Assembly (NCBI GenBank): GCA_044449985.1
Contig: JBIOIQ010000005.1
Coordinates: 1-63,268 of the forward strand
Length of the DNA stretch: 63,268 nt
Source: Candidatus Saccharimonadia bacterium
Lineage (GTDB): Bacteria > Patescibacteriota > Saccharimonadia > UBA4664 > JBIOIQ01
Direction: 5' to 3'
Of the stretch, positions 25,949 through 31,979 are shown piece after piece. Position 1 is the stretch's first letter, and each line of letters starts with the position of its first letter. The notes under the pieces are model-generated. The model was not told the origin of the DNA and ran no database searches. It saw only the letters and a list, made by a program, of their open reading frames with translations. The position numbers and the translations under genes are program-made.

Positions 25949-26499
25949 TGGCAGCCGAAGTTATTATTATTGTTGGTCCCCAAGGCTCCGGTAAAGGTAC
26001 CCAAGCCGAGATTTTAGCGAACCGACTCCATGGGCTGCATCTTTCGACAGGTCAAATGTTTCGTGAGCGGAAAGATAAAGTGGTGCTTGATCAGATCGAT
26101 AATGGAAAGCTGGCACCAAGCGAAAATTTTCGAGAAGTTGTCAGTGCCGCACTTCGCGCCAGCGATCCTAATCAGATAATCGTACTCGACGGGGTCGCTC
26201 GCAAGCTACCCGAAGCTCAGTGGTTATTTTCGCTGTTAGGACAACTCGGTCGAAAATTAAGCTATGTGATAATTCTTGAGATTCCACGCAGCGAGTCCGT
26301 GGCGCGCCTGTTGCGACGAGAAGGTTCTGAGCATCGCGCCGACGACAATGAAATCGGCATAAACAACCGGCTTGATTACTTTGAGAAAGAAACGCTTCCG
26401 GTAATTGAGTTTTGGAATTCACTGGGCGTTACTCGAGTCGTTGATGGCCTGGGAAGTATCAATGAAGTTACTCAGAGAATAAACCGGATAATCAAGTGA
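25948..26499 (+). CDS. adk: Adenylate kinase (short form)
   Basis: P-loop GPQGSGKGTQA, 183 aa. Confidence 0.88.
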   Translation: MAAEVIIIVGPQGSGKGTQAEILANRLHGLHLSTGQMFRERKDKVVLDQIDNGKLAPSENFREVVSAALRASDPNQIIVLDGVARKLPEAQWLFSLLGQLGRKLSYVIILEIPRSESVARLLRREGSEHRADDNEIGINNRLDYFEKETLPVIEFWNSLGVTRVVDGLGSINEVTQRINRIIK

Positions 26500-27257
26500 A
26501 ACCAAAGACGCAAAATGAAATAGCGGATATGCGCATCAGCGGAAAAATGTTGGCAACCGTACTTGATCATCTGAAGCGAAACGTGAGTGCAGGTATCTCG
26601 ACCAAAGAAATTGCCCAAATTGCCGCGAGCGAACTGGCAAAGCTGGGGGGTCAGGCGCCTTTTTTATATTTCGGCGGTGGGCGTAATATTCCTCCATTTC
26701 CGGACGTAATTTGTATATCGGTCAATGACGAGGTGGTTCATGGAATTCCCGGAAATTATGTTTTAAAAGACGGAGACATTGTCGGACTTGATTTTGGAGT
26801 GTCGTATCACAAGATGATTACTGACGGTGCGATCACGATTGGTATTGGTAAGATTTCGGCCGAAGCATCTCGGCTAATCAGAGCAACCAAACAAGCGCTG
26901 ATCGCGGGGATTTCCGAGGTCAAAGCTGACGCACGAGTGGCGCAAATTTCATCTGCAATTGAACAACGCCTAGTTAAAGACCGCTTGGGTATTGTTGAAG
27001 AACTGGCCGGCCACGGGGTTGGGCATGCTCTTCATGAAGAGCCATGGATCCCTAATTTTAATACTGGTCACCTTGGGCCACGTTTAAAGTCCAATATGAC
27101 AATTGCTATTGAGCCGATGGCAACGCTCGGACGAAAAGAAGTCATGTGGCACCGAGACGGATGGACCATATCGACCCTTGATCAGAGCTTATCGGCACAT
27201 TTTGAGCATACCGTCTTGGTATGCGAAAATGGTTTTGAAATACTTACAAAAATTTGA
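26496..27257 (+). CDS. map: Methionine aminopeptidase type I
   Basis: Metal ligand context (DIVGLDFG, GHGVGHALHEEP, IEPM). Sits in the adk-map synteny. Confidence 0.93.
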   Translation: MKPKTQNEIADMRISGKMLATVLDHLKRNVSAGISTKEIAQIAASELAKLGGQAPFLYFGGGRNIPPFPDVICISVNDEVVHGIPGNYVLKDGDIVGLDFGVSYHKMITDGAITIGIGKISAEASRLIRATKQALIAGISEVKADARVAQISSAIEQRLVKDRLGIVEELAGHGVGHALHEEPWIPNFNTGHLGPRLKSNMTIAIEPMATLGRKEVMWHRDGWTISTLDQSLSAHFEHTVLVCENGFEILTKI

Positions 27258-27408
27258 AACGTTACTTTTATTATTTGTGAATATTAGCGATCTTGCTCGT
27301 TGTTGTGAAGTTTCGTTTGTTTTTTTGTTTTTTGTGCAAACTGCTATACTCAATAGTAGTCCCACCCCAATCTGAGGCAATCGGGCTATGATACAATAGG
27401 CAAAATAT

Positions 27409-28644
27409 ATGGCTGCAAAACCACAAGAAGAAATATATATAGGTCTCGACATCGGCAGTACGAAAGTAGCTTGTGTCGTTGGCTTAACTGAAGAAGGCTC
27501 CTCAACACCAAGTGTGATTGGGGTGGGTGTTGCACCAACGAATGGGATGCGGCGGGGGGTGGTTGTTGACGTTGAAGAAACCGTCAGTTCGATCACGGCT
27601 GCAGTTGATGAGGCCGAACGTATTTCTGGTGTCCCCATTGATAGGGCGACCGTTAGTATAGATGGTGCCAATGTCCAGAGTATGAATTCAAAAGGGGTGA
27701 TTGCGGTTGGACGAGCTGATCAGGAAATATCAATCGAAGATTTACGTCGAGCGGAAGAGGCTGCCACGGCTGTGCACATGCCGCCGAATCGAGAAATATT
27801 ACAGGTTTTCCCAAGAAGTTATACCGTAGATGGTCAGACGAATATCAAAGATCCGGTTGGGATGAATGGGGTTCGTCTTGAAGTTGAAACGCATATTATC
27901 ACCGGTGCTACACCGGCCATCAAAAACTTAAATCGCAGTATATATCAGGCCGGGATAGACATCGAAGGGCAAGTTTTGGTGCCATTAGCCGCAGCCAGAG
28001 CTGTACTGTCTAAACGCCAGAAAGAGCTTGGGGTTGCGGTTATTGATATTGGAGGCGGAACCACAGGAATAGCAATTTATGAAGAAGGAGACGTGCTCTA
28101 TAGCAGTGTACTGCCAATTGGGGCTGCCCATATCACCAACGACCTAGCAATTGGGCTGAGGACGAATGTTGATACAGCAGAAAAGATTAAGCAAAAATAT
28201 GCCAAAGCCGATCATCATAAAAACGTCTCAAATGAAAAAATACGGATCGAGGAGCTTGAAGGCGATGACGCTTTGGTAAGTCGAAAAGAGCTTAATAAAA
28301 TAGTCGGAGCTCGTCTTGATGAGATATTTCAGATGGTTCGCGAAGAACTGCGAAAAGTTGGAAAAGACGTAATGCTTCCGGGAGGGGTTGTCCTTACCGG
28401 AGGGGGAGCAAAAATGCCGGGTATTGAAGAATATGCTAAGGAAGCTCTAAAACTCCCGGTCATTATCGGTAAACCCGAAGGACTCTCAGGTATGATCGAT
28501 AAGGTTAGCGATCCTGCCTTTGCGGCTCCCGTTGGACTGATGCTTGAAAATATGAGCTTTGCCGGCAATGTTGATCATGCAAATGCTAAAATTGGCCAGA
28601 CCGTCGAAAAAATCAAAAATACCTTGCGCAACTTACTACCATAA
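27409..28644 (+). CDS. ftsA: Cell division protein FtsA
   Basis: Actin-fold motifs (GLDIGSTKV, VIDIGGGTT, VLTGGGA), upstream of ftsZ. Confidence 0.93.
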   Translation: MAAKPQEEIYIGLDIGSTKVACVVGLTEEGSSTPSVIGVGVAPTNGMRRGVVVDVEETVSSITAAVDEAERISGVPIDRATVSIDGANVQSMNSKGVIAVGRADQEISIEDLRRAEEAATAVHMPPNREILQVFPRSYTVDGQTNIKDPVGMNGVRLEVETHIITGATPAIKNLNRSIYQAGIDIEGQVLVPLAAARAVLSKRQKELGVAVIDIGGGTTGIAIYEEGDVLYSSVLPIGAAHITNDLAIGLRTNVDTAEKIKQKYAKADHHKNVSNEKIRIEELEGDDALVSRKELNKIVGARLDEIFQMVREELRKVGKDVMLPGGVVLTGGGAKMPGIEEYAKEALKLPVIIGKPEGLSGMIDKVSDPAFAAPVGLMLENMSFAGNVDHANAKIGQTVEKIKNTLRNLLP

Positions 28645-28671
28645 AACCGTAACTATCCCAGTCTTCTGAGT

Positions 28672-28700
28672 CCATCGCCATTTGAGCGGTGGTATTTTTT
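28672..28700 (+). terminator. Intrinsic terminator after ftsA
   Basis: CCATCGC/GCGGTGG 7-bp stem (one G.U) with a 7-nt loop, followed by TATTTTTT. Confidence 0.65.
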
Positions 28701-29014
28701 GCGAACAATGTAGCCAACTGGTGTCCATTTGTGTTCAGACTGCACAAATATTTATTAAAAGTTTTTAGTTAGAAAATACTCGTAAATAATCGTTTCAAAA
28801 TTACTTGTAGATTTATGGGCTTGATAGAGCCATAATATTAAGAAAGAACAAATATATTGCGCAATTTATCTTACTTAAATATATCGAATAAACTATTTGC
28901 ATTATTTGACGAGGGCAGATATACTCGCAATTGTACTTCAAACCATTTGCCAAAATGGTTGTCCAGTTGGAAGTGCATGTGTGACCTAGTGGTAAGGAGT
29001 GGAATAATTATCAT

Positions 29015-30373
29015 ATGGCTGAAATACTTCCAGAAGTTGAGACTTTTGCCCGCATAAAAGTTATCGGTATTGGTGGTGGCGGTGGTGCTGCCATCGAAAG
29101 AATGATCGTATCGAAGGTGCAGGGAATAGAGTTTGTAGCGGTTAATACCGATGCGCAGGCTTTGCATTACTCCCATGCCCAACATAAGCTTCATATCGGA
29201 AAACAGACCACTCGCGGACTTGGTGCGGGTGCTGACCCGGAAGTAGGTCGAAAAGCAGCTGAGGAAAGCGAATCGGATATTGCCGATATGCTCAAAGGCT
29301 CTGATATGGTATTTATAACAATTGGTGCTGGAGGTGGAACCGGTACCGGAGCAGCGCCGTTAGTTGCTGCCACCGCCCGGGAGACTGGCGCATTAGTCGT
29401 AGGGATTGCCACCAAACCGTTTACTTTTGAAGGTGAGCGACGTCGGCGAGTGGCCGAGGCCGGGATAGTCGAGCTAAAAGACAATGTTGATACCTTAATT
29501 ACAATCCCGAACGATCGCTTGCTCCAAATGATCGATCGTAAAACTTCACTGCTTGATGCCTTTAGCGTTGTCGACGAAGTTTTGCAACAAGGCGTGCAGG
29601 GCATATCCGATCTCATTACGATTCATGGCCTGATAAATCTCGATTTTGCTGACGTTAAGGCGATTATGAGCAATGCCGGATCGGCACTGATGGGAATTGG
29701 TCGAGCGGCCGGAGATAATCGAGCGATTGAAGCTGCCCGTCAGGCGATTGATTCGCCATTACTTGAGATATCAATTGATGGCGCTAAGGGAGTACTCTTT
29801 AATATTACCGGTGGACGCAACATGAGCATGCATGAAATTGATGAGGCGGCCAAAACTATTACGGGCGCTGTCGATCAGGATGCCAACATAATATTCGGTG
29901 CAGTGCTGGATGATACGATGGATGATGATATTAAAATTACGGTGGTCGCGACTGGGTTTGATAACCGACCTCGAGAACATATTCATGTAGAAAATCGACC
30001 GGAAAGATTGCAAGAACGTTTGCTTGTTCCTGAGGAAGAACCCGAACCGGTGTTCGCGAGCCCAGTAATTACTGAGAATCGTAAGCCATTTATTGATGAA
30101 CGTCCGCAATTTATTGAACCTGAAACCATCCTTGAGGACCCGGTGATTGCGGAAGTCGTTGTCTCGTCTGTTATGAGTATCGAACCTGACCCGGAAGAAT
30201 TCGAACCCGAAGCCAGTTTTTTTGAAGAACCAGCACCGCGAAAGAGTATCTTAAATGATAAGCCAATGATTGAAAAAAATCCGCCGGAGCCGGAAGCCAA
30301 GCCAAACGAACGGGAGTTTCCATCAGAGGATGATCTCGACATTCCGGCCTTTATCCGACGCAAAGTCGAGTAA
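29015..30373 (+). CDS. ftsZ: Cell division protein FtsZ with long Pro/Glu-rich C-terminal linker
   Basis: [10 protein letters not shown] tubulin signature and the conserved C-terminal peptide [12 protein letters not shown]. Confidence 0.97.
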   Translation: MAEILPEVETFARIKVIGIGGGGGAAIERMIVSKVQGIEFVAVNTDAQALHYSHAQHKLHIGKQTTRGLGAGADPEVGRKAAEESESDIADMLKGSDMVFITIGAGGGTGTGAAPLVAATARETGALVVGIATKPFTFEGERRRRVAEAGIVELKDNVDTLITIPNDRLLQMIDRKTSLLDAFSVVDEVLQQGVQGISDLITIHGLINLDFADVKAIMSNAGSALMGIGRAAGDNRAIEAARQAIDSPLLEISIDGAKGVLFNITGGRNMSMHEIDEAAKTITGAVDQDANIIFGAVLDDTMDDDIKITVVATGFDNRPREHIHVENRPERLQERLLVPEEEPEPVFASPVITENRKPFIDERPQFIEPETILEDPVIAEVVVSSVMSIEPDPEEFEPEASFFEEPAPRKSILNDKPMIEKNPPEPEAKPNEREFPSEDDLDIPAFIRRKVE

Positions 30374-30389
30374 CAACACTTAGCCCAAG

Positions 30390-30418
30390 TTGACATTCCA
30401 TTTATCTGGAATTACTAT
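30390..30418 (+). promoter_or_regulatory. Sigma70-type promoter (TTGACA-17-TACTAT)
   Basis: -35 at 30390-30395 and -10 at 30413-30418, 17 nt after the ftsZ stop. Confidence 0.55.
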
Positions 30419-30508
30419 AGCTTTCGTGAAGACAACGCCACAACTTATGAAGAGATATTACCGAGGGTTTGCACTTGATCTCTTTATTGTTGCCCCCCGC
30501 TGCTAACG

Positions 30509-30555
30509 GCCTTTTAAATGATCATCATAAAAGGCCTCCAAGAGAGGCCTTTTTC
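30509..30555 (+). promoter_or_regulatory. Mutually exclusive hairpins: candidate antiterminator plus intrinsic terminator (attenuator-like)
   Basis: Hairpin 1 is GGCCTTTTA (30509-30517) with TAAAAGGCC (30529-30537). Hairpin 2 is AGGCCTC (30533-30539) with GAGGCCT (30544-30550), followed by a T run. The two share 30533-30537. Confidence 0.5.
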
Positions 30556-30560
30556 AATAC

Positions 30561-30681
30561 TAGCCTGTAGCTCAATGGAAGAGCGCACAAAGTTAGTCCG
30601 GAAGTGCTCCTACGTATCCCTAGTAGCACTTTTTAGCGACGGTACAGAGTGAGGTTATGGGTTCGACTCCCATCAGGCTGC
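30561..30681 (+). tRNA. Non-canonical tRNA-like gene (normal acceptor, D and T arms; 72 nt in place of the anticodon/variable region); isotype undetermined
   Basis: Acceptor TAGCCTG/CAGGCTG, then TA, D arm GCTC-AATGGAA-GAGC and T arm ATGGG-TTCGACT-CCCAT. There is no encoded CCA, and the internal segment is ~50 nt too long. Confidence 0.5.
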
Positions 30682-30685
30682 TCCA

Positions 30686-30764
30686 GGGGGCTTAAGCTGA
30701 TATATGGACAGCTGCTGCAGCGGTTTTGCAGTGTATGAGAGTTCGAATCTCTCAGCCTCCACCA
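30686..30764 (+). tRNA. tRNA with alanine identity set (G3.U70, A73, encoded CCA) but aberrant anticodon loop GCGGTTT (nominal anticodon GGT)
   Basis: Full cloverleaf: GGGGGCT/AGCCTCC acceptor, AGCT/AGCT D stem, CTGCA/TGCAG anticodon stem, 5-nt variable loop and GAGAG-TTCGAAT-CTCTC T arm. Position 33 is C and position 37 is T. Confidence 0.6.
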
Positions 30765-30968
30765 CTTTAGAATGGCACTGGTCGGTTGCAATCACCCAGA
30801 AAGAGGGGGACTGCTGTGAGCAATACCAGGATTCACTTCTTTTTTCGAGCTGCGGGACGCAGAGAATGCACCAACCCTCAAGTTATTGAGCAAGGTGCGG
30901 CGGCCTGGAAAGTTGTCGAGCCTCTCATTTTAGAGGGCTTAATAGTGCCAAGATGGCCGATCGGAAAG

Positions 30969-31124
30969 GTTAAGGCCTATACTTACTCCTTGTGGACTCT
31001 GTGTCAGGTTGAAATACCTGATCAATCTCGAGCCACCGTTGCCGAGCGAATTTACGTCGTCGGATTCCTCGCCCAGCGTTCACCGAAGCCTGCCCGGCTC
31101 GCGTCGGAGGATCTGTACGACTAA
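30969..31124 (+). pseudogene. Possible truncated paralogue of the downstream 31218-31475 gene
   Basis: The track ORF 30786-31124 ends ...KVKAYTYSL..AERIYVV..SP..RLASEDLYD*. This is colinear with VKAYVLYT..AEEIYAD..SP..RIAEIYDL in the downstream protein. It lacks an SD or start and lacks the C-terminal half. Confidence 0.3.
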
Positions 31125-31154
31125 ATCCAAGCCAGTTCAAAAATGTCGAGATAT

Positions 31155-31196
31155 GCCGGTGATGGGAGTTTGTTCAAACGAACTCTTATCACCGGC
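31155..31196 (+). other. 19-bp uninterrupted hairpin with 4-nt loop (no T-run)
   Basis: GCCGGTGATGGGAGTTTGT-TCAA-ACGAACTCTTATCACCGGC, 19 consecutive pairs including 3 G.U. Confidence 0.7.
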
Positions 31197-31217
31197 TCGC
31201 GTGTTATACTTACCCGT

Positions 31218-31475
31218 GTGAAGGCTTACGTTTTATACACCCAAGATTCGCCGATTCATCGAGAAGTTGCTCGTTTCTGTGAGAAATTAATTCGACTTGG
31301 GGTTGAAGCCGAAGAGATCTATGCTGATTCGCCTGAAGGATCAAGGATAGCCGAAATTTATGATCTTATGAGTCGACCCAGTGTCTTACTGGTGCGCGGT
31401 GACGGTAGTGTAGTTGAACGTTGGGAGCATGATCTGCCGCAGCCTGAAGATGTCAGTTACCTGGCGCATATATGA
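31218..31475 (+). CDS. Small glutaredoxin/thioredoxin-fold-like protein lacking CxxC, unknown function
   Basis: The beta-alpha-beta-alpha-beta-beta pattern runs KAYVLYT / SPIHREVARFCEKLIRLG / EAEEIYAD / RIAEIYDL / SVLLVRGDGSVVERWE. I prefer the GTG at 31218 because the track ATG at 31143 would translate through the 19-bp hairpin. It overlaps yggT by ATGA. Confidence 0.55.
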   Translation: MKAYVLYTQDSPIHREVARFCEKLIRLGVEAEEIYADSPEGSRIAEIYDLMSRPSVLLVRGDGSVVERWEHDLPQPEDVSYLAHI

Positions 31476-31738
31476 TCATTTCTGTATTGTTGGTGTTTTT
31501 TGATTTGTTCGTAAACGTTTTTGACGTCATTATTATTATTCGAATCGTCTTGTCGTGGATTGTGCCTGATCTGCATAACAATATGTTTGGTCGACTTACC
31601 ATCGAGCTGACCGAACCGATCTTGGGTCCGATCAGAAAACTGCTTCCCCAGGGCGGAATGATTGATTGGGCACCATTAGTAGCTGTTTTTGGGCTGTATT
31701 TAGTTCGGCAAGTAGTTTTTAACTTGATTATTCGCTAA
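31472..31738 (+). CDS. yggT: YggT family membrane protein (division-cluster associated)
   Basis: 88 aa with two TM segments and a YggT-like IIRIVLSWI..P...PIL.PIRK motif. Located between ftsZ and ileS, as in Gram-positive dcw clusters. Confidence 0.85.
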   Translation: MIISVLLVFFDLFVNVFDVIIIIRIVLSWIVPDLHNNMFGRLTIELTEPILGPIRKLLPQGGMIDWAPLVAVFGLYLVRQVVFNLIIR

Positions 31739-31744
31739 AAAAGA

Positions 31745-31968
31745 GCGATGATAAGCCCGACATTATGTAAAGCGTTTCATCAATAATCGATGAAAGAGCG
31801 GCTATCAACCGCAATGAGTGGGACAAGTTCTCGGCGCGCAGCAGGAAAAATCGAGAACCTTCTCGACTAGAACCTGACGGACTGCCTCGTAAGTGCAGCA
31901 ATGAAGTTCCACCAAGCAGGGTGGTACCTCCGCTGGTTTAGCGGACCCTGCAGAGGTGGTTTTTTGTT
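31745..31968 (+). promoter_or_regulatory. T-box riboswitch leader of ileS
   Basis: T-box sequence AAGCAGGGTGGTACCTCCG (31914-31932) lies within a terminator/antiterminator region (CCACC..GCAGGGT..CCGCT/AGCGG..ACCCTGC..GGTGG plus T6). A GATGA K-turn-like element sits at the base. Candidate AUC-A specifiers are at 31804-31807 or 31778-31781. Confidence 0.8.
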
Positions 31969-31979
31969 AAGGAGAACTC

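Noticed and set aside
30447-30518. A 23-aa leader peptide ORF in the attenuator-like leader (MKRYYRGFALDPLYCCPPLLTAF).
   Set aside because: There is no SD upstream and no run of regulatory codons. It could still matter if the element is a translation-coupled attenuator, but the sequence does not show this.
30786-30968. The N-terminal two-thirds of track ORF 30786-31124 as a real protein, for example a diverged SepF.
   Set aside because: It has a TTG start without an SD, starts only about 20 nt downstream of the second tRNA-like gene (30686-30764), has an Arg/Cys/Phe-rich low-complexity translation, and shows no SepF-like C-terminal motif.
30686-31130. tmRNA (standard or circularly permuted two-piece) or RNase P RNA downstream of the tRNA-like genes. 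The Ala-type acceptor with CCA, GGAAAGTTGTCGAGCC and GAGCAAGG resemble conserved blocks.
   Set aside because: The Ala-type acceptor belongs to a contiguous 79-nt cloverleaf. No alanine-resume/tag ORF ending in a stop is visible. The RNase P-like blocks are in the wrong order, and I could not find a complementary P4 3' strand (CTCGACA..CTT).
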